DNA of 64,000 bases from Macrostomum lignano (taxonomy: Eukaryota): positions 174,498 through 238,497 of the forward strand of contig NIVC01001777.1 in assembly GCA_002269645.1 (NCBI GenBank), in the 5' to 3' direction. The translations under genes and the position numbers were made by a program. Under the pieces are notes generated by a model. That model saw nothing but the letters and a program-made list of their open reading frames with translations. It searched no databases and had not been told where the DNA came from. Shown here in pieces: positions 40,113-52,100 of this stretch; position 1 is the stretch's first letter; each line of letters opens with the position of its first letter.

Positions 40113-40870
40113 TCAATCAGATAAAAACCATTGCCGAGTGACTTTTAGTTTTTCAGATATCCAGAGGTGGATTAGCAGGTCTGAGAATGCCCGCTTGCGA
40201 TTTGTGAAGTTTGAACTGATCCCACAGTTCTGACTTTTCACACAGACCTTGGGCATCCAGTGCGCAGTCAATCGGAGAAAGAAACATAGCCGAGGGACTT
40301 TTAGTTTTTCAGATATCCAGAGGCGGATTAGCAGGTCTGAGAATGCCCGCTTGCGATTTGTGAAGTTTGAACTGATCCCACAGTTCTGACTTTTCACACA
40401 GACCTTGGGCATCCAGTGCGCTATCAATCAGATAAAAAACCATTGCCGAGTGACTTTTAGTTTTTCAGATATCCAGAGGTGGATTAGCGGCCAATTTCCA
40501 ATGCTTTCAAATGGGGAAAGACTAAAATGACCCACTTTGATTTGTGAAGCCCGAGATGAAACCTCCGTTCTGACTTTTCACACAGACCTTGGGCATCCAG
40601 TGCGCAGTCAATCGGAGAAAGAAACATAGCCGAGGGACTTTTAATTTTTCAGATATCAGATATCAGATATCAGAGGCTGATTAGCAGGTCTGAGAATGCC
40701 CGCTTGCGATTTGTGAAGTTTGAACTGATCCCACAGTTCTGACTTTTCACACAGACCTTGGGCATCCAGTGCGCTATCAATCAGATAAAAAACCATTGCC
40801 GAGTGACTTTTAGTTTTTCAGATATCCAGAGGTGGATTAGCAGCCAGTTTGCAATGCTTTCAAATGGGGA
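40113..40870 (-). repeat. Array of ~160-bp repeats (GTGACTTTTAGTTTTCAGATATCCAGAGG…), about five copies in two variants
   Basis: Near-identical tandem copies seen directly. Confidence 0.88.
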
Positions 40871-42518
40871 AAGTAAAAAATTATCCGCTTTGATTTGTGG
40901 AGCCCAAGTGGAGCCCATTATCCGAGGGTTTGTCACCGCAGTCCTCGAAATTCACGCAGACTTCCACTCTTGTGGTGGTAGTGATGGTCTCCAGATTTAC
41001 ATCGGGGCCAATTTGCGAAGTCTTGGTGACCGTTTCGGTTGGCTCCCAGCTACATGTAAATGGGTCGCAGAAGTTCGCCCGTCCTTTGAAAGCCTGCTTC
41101 CACGTGCTTCTGCTTCCAGTCGCATTGTCGTCGGTGTCGTTCGTGTTGTTATTTGCATCGGCGAAGAACTCGCGGAATATGTCCTCGGCAAGCCACACAC
41201 GCAGCGAAATCACGAATGTATGACAGTTGTAACATTTTGCTTTGTTATTTGTGGTAGCTTATACGAGAAGTAGAAGGGAAAACGAAGCGGGAATGCCACT
41301 GATAATGATAATTATCAACAACAATGACTACTGAAAATGCTTTTCGGGACAATTTTTTGCTGCCAATTCTACCGAGGCGCGGATCAAGGATTTTCCCCAG
41401 GGGAGCAAGCATATACGTCAGTGACCAATGTCCAGTTGAAACGCCCAACTCAAAGTGGAAAATGGAAATGAAAATTGAACAAAGTTTATCTTACTGCTCT
41501 ACTGTAAGTAGATAGGTGGGAGAAAAGGTGTGACAAGAAAGAAAAAAATTTTATGCTGACAACAATTATTGCATTATGAATTCATGATGCGTTTGCATCA
41601 TTATTCGACAAAAATCGTTAATGGGCTCAATACACAAAGATTAAATAAATTTGTTACTTGTATGCTCGATCATCTCGCCTTAGCATCGATTTTAACAAGA
41701 AAATTCGTCAACAATACTCGTAAAACAGTGCGCCAAATAGTGCGCCTTGGGAATTGTAAAGAGAACTAAAATAAATAGAATTTTTTTTTGCTTTTATAAA
41801 TTTGCAATCTCCAAAGCATCATGGTCCTCGCATTTCAGGGAAAATCAACCGCCTTTTTTATTGCATGAATGCAGTAAAAAAAATCTTCCCATAATTGACG
41901 GGCGTACCCTGGCATACCCCTAGGCGTACTGCGCCCACAGTGCGCCCAAATTTTTTTTCCCACTGGGCAAATACACAGTGAATTAGCAATTGATACAGAT
42001 TATTTGCACGCTACAAGTAAACGTTAAAATAAACTATTGGAGAAATTAAAATGAGATATTGCAAGGGAAACTACAGTCCAACGGCCCTTTTGCGGGACCA
42101 CTTTAAACTAGCAACGTCACAAAAGGGACTTGGTTATTAGCTGAGTGCCTGGCATATATTTATAGACTGCTTCGTGGAACATTCTATAATCAAGGAAATG
42201 TGTGCGTGGGAGTTTAAATTTCCTAATATTGAAAGTGCTATTTACGCGGATATTTCGAGAATAATGTTTTTGCTGAATATGGAAAGTTCGCGAAAGTTTA
42301 ATACAAGGTCATTACAATAGAAACTAGAATATTTTATCTATCATGTTATTTATAGTCTTAGGGACAGAAGTAGAATTTTTATTTGGATTTAGAAGGTGAG
42401 ACATGAACCTTTTACTCCTATGTCCATTATTTAAAAAAGTGCCAACTACTTTTAGTAATACGAGAAGCTGTTTTCAAATTAAACATCAAACCAATTATAT
42501 CTCACCCCATTTGTGCAG

Positions 42519-43745
42519 GAGAAACCCAGCCAAGCAGCCTCAAATGTGCGCACTGGTAGCTCAGGCTGGGTAGACCCAGCCAAGGTTAAGCAGTTCTTAG
42601 AACGTCGCAGACAAGAGATGGAAGCTAAAAAAGCTGCAGCTAATAAAGCTCCACCAGCGTCCTTGGCACAGCCTCGCTTGCAGCAGCATAAAACGGTTGC
42701 TAATGACAACAATGGTAAAAAGAAGAGCCAGTCATTGGATTCTCAACATAGAAGCTCAACATCGCACAAACGATTGTCTAATGGCGCTAGTTCCGGCGGC
42801 GTCAGCTCGGCTAAAAAGTCCAAGCAATCAGCTGATCAGGCTCAAATGCCTCCACCCCCACCGCCTCCTTCATCAACGTCGGCGCCCCTGTCCGGCCCGG
42901 CCGAGATGCAGCGGCATTATTTGATGATGCGACGCGAGGAGCTGCTTAAAGAGCTTGAAAAGATTGACAAGTGAGTTTGGGCGATAGGTAGCATGTTAAA
43001 GTACACTGGGTGATAGGTGGCAGGTTAAAGTACACTGAGTGATCGGTAGCAGGTTAACTACACTGAGTGATCGGTAGCAGGTTAAAGTACACTGGGTGAT
43101 AGGTGGCACTGTAGCAGGTTAAAGTACACTGAGTAGTTTATGGCAGACTTAACAATCATTGCTATTCCACAACTCCATGATTCTAGAAAGCTCCGCAAGC
43201 TCAACGAATCCAACAGTAAAGCAGGCGCATCAGCTTCATCGTCAGCTTCATCATCATCCGCTGTTAACCATTCCGATCAGCATCACAAGGACAAGACGAA
43301 ACAAGATCGATCAAGTCTACCCGCGATCAAGAAGCTCTCGACTACTTCAGCTGCCGCCTCTCGACCTTCGCCGCCCCCGACGATGCAACCTAGAAAACCG
43401 ATGCCTCAACAACAGCAACTGTCTCGACGTCGGTACAGCGACGATCATGACGAAGACGACGACGAGGACAACGACAGTTTCATCGACGACACGGAGGCGC
43501 CAAGCGCCGAAGAAGACTACGCTAATATTGTGCGCGAAGTGCATCGCAGTTTGAAATTCGATCCGAGACGCTACGCCGCTGTTAATCCGCACGACGATTG
43601 CCGAGGCATGGTGGCCAGCTTTCGGGATATTCAAGCCGAAGAGCGACGCTCGAAACGCATCGGCGCGCTAGAGGACGCGGCCGATTTGAAGGACGAGGCC
43701 GATCGGCGAGCTCGGAGAGAGGAGAAACGCAAGGCGAAGTGTTGA
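42519..43745 (+). CDS. SPT2: Chromatin protein SPT2 homolog, last two exons (42519-42970, 43187-43745)
   Basis: KVKQFLERRRQE near the N-terminus and the C-terminal SPT2 domain FDPRRY...DCRGMVASFRDIQAEERRSKRIGALED; GT-AG phase-2 intron at 42971-43186. About 365 aa if the 21185 exon is included. Confidence 0.92.
42980..43135. repeat. Minisatellite with 29-bp unit (CAGGTTAAAGTACACTGAGTGATCGGTAG), last SPT2 intron
   Basis: 29-bp period seen directly. Confidence 0.88.
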
Positions 43746-43879
43746 GCTCGAGTAGATTGTGACCATTGCGGCGTGGGATAAATGGGGACTAATCCCATGA
43801 ACATAGTCGAAAATGGCACCGACAATTAAGGCGCTCCTTAACAGGCTAATAAATTGTATATTGGTTGCATGAAAAATCG

Positions 43880-45120
43880 CCCCTGAGCAGTCAATAGAAT
43901 CGCCCCTGAGCAGCCAAGAGAATCAACCCTGAACAGTCAAGAGAATCGCCCCTGAGCCGCTAAGAGAATCAACCCTGAACAGTCAAGAGAATCAACCCTG
44001 AACAGTCAAGAGAATTAACCCTGAACAGTCAAGAGAATCGCCCCTGAGCCGCTAAGAGAATCGCCCCTGAACAGTCAAGAGAATTAACCCTGAACAGTCA
44101 AGAGAATTAACCCTAAACAGTCAAGAGAATCGCCCCTGAACAATCAAGAGAATTAACCCTGAACACTCAAGAGAATCGCCCCTGAACAGTCAAGAGAATC
44201 GCCCCTAAACAGTCAAGAGAATCAACCCTGAACAGTCAAGAAAATCGCCCCTGAACAGTCAAGAGAATCGCCCCTGAACAGTCAAGACAATCAACCCTAA
44301 GCAGCCAAGAGAATCGCCCCTGAATAATCAAGAGAATCAACCCTGAACAGTCAAGAGAATCGCCCCTGAACAATCAAGAGAATCAACCCTGAACAGTCAA
44401 GATAATCGCCCCTCAACACTCAAGATAATCGCCCCTCAACAGTCAAGAGAATCGCCCCTGAACAATCAAGAGAATCAACCCTGAACAATCAAGAGAATCA
44501 ACCCTGAACAATCAAGAGAATTAACCCTGAACACTCAAGATAATCGCCCCTGAACAATCAAGAGAATCGCCCCTGAACAATCAAGAGAATCAACCCTGAA
44601 CAGTCAAGAGAATCAACCCTGAACAATCAAGAGAATCAACCCTGAACAATCAAGAGAATTAACCCTGAACACTCAAGATAATCGCCCCTGAACAATCAAG
44701 AGAATCGCCCCTGAACAATCAAGAGAATCAACCCTGAACAGTCAAGAGAATCAACCCTGAACAGTCAAGAGAATCGCCCCTGAACAGTCAAGAGAATCGC
44801 CCCTGAACAGTCAAGAGAATCAACCCTGAACAGTCAAGAGAATCAACCCTGAACAGTCAAGAGAATCGCCCCTGAACAGTCAAGAGAATCGCCCCTGAAC
44901 AGTCAAGAGAATCAACCCTGAACAGTCAAGAGAATCGCCCCTCAACAGTCAAGAGAATCGCCCCTGAACAGTCAAGAGAATCGCCCCTCGGCAGTCAAGA
45001 GAATCGCCCCTCAACAGTCAAGAGAATCGCCCCTGAACTTGACTGTTCAGAGAATCAACCCTGAGCAGTCAAGAGAATCGTCCCTGAACAGTCAAGAGAA
45101 TCGTCCCTGAACAGTCAAAG
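43880..45120. repeat. Minisatellite with 23-bp unit (AATCGCCCCTGAACAGTCAAGAG)
   Basis: 23-bp period over about 1.2 kb. Confidence 0.95.
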
Positions 45121-45989
45121 AGAATCAAGTCCTAATGCCTTGAGAATCGCGCTTTATATGTACTCGTATCACAGAATTGGACCATAGGAAAAGGTGACAA
45201 CAATTGAGACTAAACCCTAGTTTTTTTCCGTTGAAGATTGGCTCACTGATTACAATTCGGTTTTGGTGAAATGCAACTGTTATCAAAATTTACTACCTGT
45301 ATTTTATCAGACTCAAGTTTGCAATACACTCGCACATGTCAGCTCGGATCGAACTTGTGTTGTTAAACTTTTCGCTTTTGTCAATTGCTTATAATTGTTA
45401 TAATTGAGCAAATTTTATGATTTTATTATTCATCTTCCTTGTCATTAAATTGTTATTGTTTAAGATACTTGTGCTAAATACTCCCAGGGGTCCTAAATAT
45501 AATAATATTTGTAGTATGCTTAAGAAATTGTGAAGACTTTTATTTTGCTGTTCAATGAAACACAACTTGTGCATCAGAAGTTATTGTATAATTAACATTA
45601 CATGCACAGCTCAGTGTTATTATGATTAAAGTGCGTAAAGAACTTTTAATGAATTGAATTTTGTTCCGGTCTTATCTCAATCTATGGTGCATTTTTTGTG
45701 TTGTAATTTATTTGACAAAAATAATTCCATTCTAATGCCAGAATTGACGGTGCGCGGAATTATTACGATAATTATAGTTATTATTACGATAATTATAAAA
45801 ACAAGATAATTGAATAAATAATTTGCTTTGCTTTTTGTTTGCCGCGAAGCTTTCAGTTCAGCTGAAATACCTTCGGTACTCTCAACTATTCTTTCTTTGT
45901 GTATTATGATACCCAGCTATGTACATCGGCAAACACTCAAAGTTACTTGGATCAGGTATTTCAGAGGGCATTGGTCCTTTAGTGAACTT

Positions 45990-46990
45990 TTTTCTTACGT
46001 GGACACACTGGTCCTTCAGTGGACACACTGGTCCTTCAGAGTTCACACTGGTCCTTCAGATTTCACACTGGTCTTTCAGTGGACACACTGGTCCTTCAGT
46101 GGACACACTGGTCCTTCAGAGTTCACACTGGTCCTTCAGAGTTCACACTGGTCCTTCAGATTTCACACTGGTCCTTCAGATTTCACACTGGTCCTTCAGA
46201 TTTCACACTGGTCCTTCAGAGTTCACACTGGTCCTTCAGATTTCACACTGGTCCTTCAGAGTTCACACTGGTCCTTCAGAGTTCACACTGGTCCTTCAGA
46301 GTTCACACTGGTCCTTCAGAGTTCACACTGGTCCTTCAGAGTTCACACTGGTCCTTCAGATTTCACACTGGTCCTTCAGAGTACACACTAGTCCTTCAGA
46401 TTTCACACTGGTCCTTCAGAGTTCACACTGGTCCTTCAGATTTCACACTGGTCCTTCAGAGTTCACACTGGTCCTTCAGAGTTCACACTGGTCCTTCAGA
46501 GTTCACACTGGTCCTTCAGAGTACACACTAGTCCTTCAGATTTCACACTGGTCCTTCAGAGTTCACACTGGTCCTTCAGAGTACACACTAGTCCTTCAGA
46601 GTTCACACTAGTCCTTCAGATTTCAAACTGGTTCTTCAGATTTCACACTGGTCCTTCAGATTTCACACTGGTCGTTCAGAGTTCACACTGGTCCTTCAGA
46701 TTTCACACTGGTCCTTCAGATTTCACACTGGTCGTTCAGAGTTCACACTGGTCCTTCAGATTTCACACTGGTCCTTCAGATTTCAAACTGGTTCTTCAGA
46801 TTTCACACTGGTCCTTCAGAGTTCACACTGGTCCTTCAGATTTCACACTGGTCCTTCAGAGTTCACACTAGTCCTTCAGAGTTCACACTAGTCCTTCAGA
46901 TTTCACACTGGTCCTTCAGAGTTCACACTGGTCCTTCAGAGTTCACGCTGGTCCTTCAGAGTTCACACTGGTCTTTCAGTGGACACGCTG
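45990..46990. repeat. Minisatellite with 20-bp unit (GTCCTTCAGAGTTCACACTG)
   Basis: 20-bp period over about 1 kb. Confidence 0.96.
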
Positions 46991-47619
46991 TTAGTACGTC
47001 CTTTAATGGTCCCAGTAAATTTAGTTTTGTTTGAATAAGAAGAAAAATGTCAAACCAAAAAACGTTAAGAGAATTAATTTGTTAAATATACCAAGAACTA
47101 AATTTAACAGAAAAAGTCATGTTTGTGACAAGCACTAAGCATATCCTAAAATCAAGTTGGCGGTATATTTAAAGAATTAATTAATAACTGTCAAGTATTT
47201 AACAAAAGCCGGAAGTAAAGAGAGAATGAAGATAATAGAGAACCAAGCACTTGCATTTGCTATGATTGGAAGTTAAACAAGATAGGTCACTGGGTACAGT
47301 AGATTATAGAGAAAGTTAACGAAAGGACAATTTACACCATTTACATACTTTATTACACCTATACGACGTAAACAGGTATATCAATAGATAAAATATTTAC
47401 AATCGAAAAAATATGATTGAAATTCGATTTCTTAGAAAGCCAAATTGAACGTTAAAATAAATAAATGTCGGTTCTCTGACAACTGGTTGACACAAATGGT
47501 GAAACTAGAAGTATGCGGCAAGACTTCTTGCAGATTGAAATGAGTATTTTCAGAAAATGTGCATCGCTTAGATAGCCATTCTATTGTATTGAAAGGTCAT
47601 ATTGAAAGGACCCATCATA

Positions 47620-47790
47620 GTTTTGGGGTCCATTTCCTCTCTTGTCACTCCAGTAGCTTTGGGGTCCATTCCCTCTCTTGTCACTTCAGTAGCTTTGGGG
47701 TCCATTCCCTCTCTTGTCACTTCAGTAGCTTTGGGGTCCATTCCCTCTCTTGTCACTTCAGTAGCTTTGGGGTCCATTCCCTCTCGTCCC
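47620..47790. repeat. Minisatellite with 36-bp unit
   Basis: CTTGTCAC recurs every 36 bp. Confidence 0.9.
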
Positions 47791-48879
47791 CATTCCCTTC
47801 CCTCCTCCTGCTTTGGGGTCTGTTCCCTCGTATCTGTCTATCATTTCTAGACCCTGAGCCCCCTATACAGCCCCCTATAGGCATCTAATAACGTACATAA
47901 AGTGAAAAATAAGATGCTAGCCTAGAATACTACACAAGCATAAAGACAATATCATCAAATATGGACTAAACTAAACGAACAGGTGATTTAAACCAATCAG
48001 AGCCAAAACGCGCACAGAAATTGTTGATAAAAAAGCAAAAACTATGACATCTCAATTATTAAAATATGAATATATATATGAAGCATGAGCTACTTTGCAT
48101 TTAGCATGAAAAATAAACTAGATGTTTAGCATCAAGGTTAAACCTGTTTGGAAAACAGCTGCAAAGCACCCGGGTAAAGATAAAAACCTGCGCAAGATTT
48201 ATTATTGTGTTTTTGTCTAGTTATACAAAAAGTAACTGAAACACAAATATAATAGAAGACTTTATAGTTATTGCACATTGGTTGAAACTCGCGCTAATGC
48301 AGTCTCAATGTAGACTACTAACAAATAGAAATACTAATAGAAAAATAAATTTTCCAACCGCATAAATGAAATGCTAACGAATTAAGGGAAACTAACAGTT
48401 TTGTTAAGTTTCTCTAACTTATTAAAATATAGAAAAATACACACTCCTGATTTATACTACTAACAGTAAACCAATAGAATATGACAAGTCCTTTTATTAC
48501 ATAGCACTTAGTAGTAGCAATAGCATAAAATATAGGATTTTTACGTGGATTAAACTGGTTATATTACAGATTAAATAAAATGAAAACAAAAAATAAGCAG
48601 CATGATACAATAATGGCATAGAAAAAATGCTTGCTTGTCGATACAGGCTAACTAACCAATGGGCCAATTAAGTACAACAGTCAACAGTGCATAGTTTACC
48701 TAAACTGCGTACATGCGAATAAGATTGTCTAAATAGGCATGCATTTATTAGCATAGCTGTATGGCAAAAACACATTAAAAATGCTATTAACTTCATCTGT
48801 TTCAGATGGGGAACAGAAACAGGCTGACAGAAAGAAACTAACACGTTCGGACAGACCCCAAAAGACTGAGATACAGAAC

Positions 48880-49470
48880 CCAATACAGACAGACACCAGC
48901 TAGCAAACAGACCAACAGACAACAGCACAGACCAACAGACTAACAGCACAGACCAACAGACAACAGCACAGACCAACAGAACAGATCAACAGACTAACAG
49001 CGCAGACCAACAGACTAACAGAACAGACCAACAGACAACAGCACAGACTAACAGAACAGACCAACAGACAACAGCACAGACTAACAGAACAGACCAACAG
49101 ACAACAGCACAGACTAACAGAACAGACCAACAGACAACAGCACAGACTAACAGAACAGACCAACAGACAACAGCACAGACTAACAGAACAGACCAACAGA
49201 CAACAGCACAGACTAACAGAACAGACCAACAGACAACAGCACAGACCAAGAGACTAACAGCACAGACCAACAGACTAACAGCACAGACCAACAGACTAAC
49301 AGCACAGACCAACAGACTAACAGCACAGACCAACAGACTAACAGCGCAGACCAACAGACTAACAGCACAGACCAACAGACAACAGCACAGACCAACAGAC
49401 TAACAGCGCAGACCAACAGACTAACAGCGCAGACCAACAGACAACAGCACAGATTAACACAGACAGACAG
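48880..49470. repeat. Minisatellite with 18/21-bp units (CAGACCAACAGACTAACAGCA)
   Basis: Seen directly. Confidence 0.93.
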
Positions 49471-49563
49471 ATCAGATACAAAATAGAAGTCTTTCATCAC
49501 TTATTATCAGTGCAAAGTGCCGCAGAGGTTTATCAACTAGCTTTAAAAAAATTCTACAGCAAA

Positions 49564-50175
49564 TCACAAGTCCCGTTCTATAAGTTCCAAATCTAACAGT
49601 TCGGAAGCTTCCGCAATAAAATCGCTACAAACGTCGGATTCATAAGCTTCCTCATCGCCCTCGTCTGCATCGCAGCAGCCCAGCTGGTTGGCGTTGCTAT
49701 TATCGAGAATGCTGTCGCTGTCTTTAGTAACGGCAACCGGAGTTTCAACAGCGTTAGCCACATCGGGCAGTCCAACTAAGAAGCTGCGAGATTTGCTGCA
49801 CAGAACAACCCGACGCTTCCTATTCGACTCGGACGACTGTCGAACAGACGACTCAGACGATGACTGATTCTCGTCAGAATAGTCGGACTGCTTCAAACGG
49901 AGCAAAGATTCCAAATCGTTGGCCAGAGCGCCAGGTCGAACGGGCACTGGTCGCAATAAATCAGTGTGCAATGACAACGATTGGCAGAGCCGTTTAGGCG
50001 GCAACGGCGGCGGACTGCTAGACTGAGGCGGCTGCTCTATAACTGCCGATATGTAGCCGGCAGTTTTGCCTCTTTGCTGGCGATTACTGCTAGCACCACT
50101 GCGATCAACAGTAGATGAAATAGTGGGGAGTCCAATAGACTTTCTGGGCTGGCTTAGCGTTGGCAGATTTGACAT
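49564..50175 (-). CDS. Uncharacterised low-complexity protein segment (Ser/Pro-rich, PPPLPPKR motif, acidic C-terminus); possibly an exon of a larger gene
   Basis: 203-codon non-repetitive ORF, GC-rich like other exons here; an in-frame acceptor TTCCAG|ACA AGT ATG lies just upstream. Confidence 0.55.
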   Translation of the reverse strand: MSNLPTLSQPRKSIGLPTISSTVDRSGASSNRQQRGKTAGYISAVIEQPPQSSSPPPLPPKRLCQSLSLHTDLLRPVPVRPGALANDLESLLRLKQSDYSDENQSSSESSVRQSSESNRKRRVVLCSKSRSFLVGLPDVANAVETPVAVTKDSDSILDNSNANQLGCCDADEGDEEAYESDVCSDFIAEASELLDLELIERDL

Positions 50176-50819
50176 ACTTGTCTGGAATTCGAGTGGTAAT
50201 CAGAGTTTGTGTGTCTGCTAGGTTTTTTATTTGTCCTACCATAGTGATGACTATGGCTATGGAAGGGGGCTGTAGCCCCATAGCCTAGTGGTCTAGGGGT
50301 AGCGGCCCAGGCCCGATTCCAAATTGGGCTAAATTGGAATCTTGCCTTGGCTTTGCTTGTGCAATTAACGACATTGAAAGCAATATTGCTAATGACAATA
50401 TTGCTTTCAAATTAATACAAATTTAATAGTTTTTGTTATAATATACAAAACATTTTAAGTTGTAAAAAATTCTTTAAAATGTGACCTCCTAGTATACATA
50501 GGCGCAGAGCAACGCAGAGGAAACCAACTTGTTTGCTTACTTACAAATTTAAATACTGCCTATTACTGCATTTTCTATGAAACATTCAAATAAAAGTTTT
50601 ACCAATATTTTGCAAATGGAAAATATATATTTTTGTTTTTTTTTTAGTTTTAGCAGACAGCATAAGCAGAATTTTTTATTATGATAGGAATAATCTGGTG
50701 CAAGCACTTTTTTGATAGGATTTGTTCTTACACATAGTGCAATCAAACTTTTTGATAGGATTTGTTTTGGTATAAAGCACAATAAAACTTTTTGATAGAA
50801 TTTGTTCCAAAGCAGGTGT

Positions 50820-52100
50820 GCCATGATCCTGACTCCATACCATGTCCGGATCATGCTAAGGGCACACCCAAACAAAAATTGAATAATTACAAATGCATAC
50901 AGAAAAAAATTTAGTGTATGCCATTAGTAAAAAATATGGTGGTATTGTGACAATAAATGACCTTTTTATGTTCTGACAATAAATGATCTTCAATTGTGTA
51001 ATCGACCTATACATGCGCAACCCCCCTGATTTACACTGGCCATGCGACTTACTTTTTGACCAAAAATGCAACTTACTTGTAAAAGAAACCTTAATGCAAT
51101 TTTGAATAAACAGCAGGAGTAACTATGATTGTCTTATAAGGGCTAAATGCCTCGTCATCTAATTAGTACTATGTCTGCATTCTTTGGGCTGGGCATTTTT
51201 GCAACTTACCCCTGGTCCACCACAATTTACAGTGGCCAGATTGGCCAGGTTGGCTAGCAGTTGCGCATGTATGATTAGACCCCTACTAACAGATAATTTA
51301 GTTGATTTTTATGCTTTTTGGCATTATTATTCATAGCAAATAATTAATTAAATGCAAAGATTTATGAAAATACTTATTTATGAGCTTGAAAAAACTGGAA
51401 AGTTTGAAATTTATGCTTGAAATTTAACTTTTTCAGTTTTCTTTTACTTCCCAATAACTTTTATGCATGATTCTATAAATTGCACGCCAGGTGTGCATGC
51501 ATACTTTTTTCCTAGGAATGATGCATGCCAATTGTGCATACCCAAATTTTTGGGCATATACTGATCTAGAGTATGGACTCCATAGTCTGGATCATGCTGG
51601 GTACACGCCTGAACAAAATAAGAATAATTACAAATGCATGCCAAAAAAAATTTAGTACATGCCCATTCCCAAAAATACATTGGTGTTGCAACAATAAATT
51701 ACCTTTTTTACATTGTGACAATGAATGACCCTTTTTCAATTGCCTAATAGACCCTTATTAGCAGATAATTTTGTTGATTTTTATACGTTTTTTGCCAATA
51801 TACTTTTTATAGCAGAAATTTGATACACATAAAGATTTGTTTAAATGCTTTTTGCAAGCTAAAAAACTGGAAAGTTTTTGCTAAAAAATACCTTTTTTCA
51901 TTTTTTCTACTTCACAATAACTCTAAGGCGTGATTCTATCAAGTGCATGCCAAGCAAGTATGCATGCATAGGCCTACTATTTTTTCAAAAGTGATATATG
52001 CCAACTGTGCATGCCTAATTTTGGCATGCAAGGCCAATGCATGCCCAAAATTTTGGGCATATACTACATGATCCAGAATGTGGTCCTGACTATGGATCCC
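50820..52100. repeat. Old, diverged tandem duplication (~470-bp offset, about 2.5 copies)
   Basis: 51278-51560 aligns by eye with 51745-52080, and 50830-51000 with 51580-51730. Confidence 0.65.

Larger units (their letters stand above)
29084..41967 (-). mobile_element. Large EnSpm/CACTA-superfamily DNA transposon (12,884 bp)
   Basis: Ends are CCCAGAGGGAAATTTTGGG and (reverse complement) CCCAGTGGGAAAAAAAATTTGGG. Both ends share the subterminal motif GTACGCCTA(A/G)GGGTA, and a 2-bp TSD (CA) is present. It encloses a CACTA-type transposase and a co-oriented accessory gene. Confidence 0.8.

Noticed and set aside
45828-46611. HTGPSEFTLVLQ repeat ORFs
   Set aside because: These are translations of the 20-bp minisatellite; a short unique part before CAG|GTATTT could be an exon but has no support.
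47432-48796. Two-exon 81-aa secreted-peptide model (MKLIAFLMCF...)
   Set aside because: It is phase-compatible, but the sequence is AT-rich, has no recognisable family, and conflicts with the alternative reading of the same acceptors; unsupported without RNA data.
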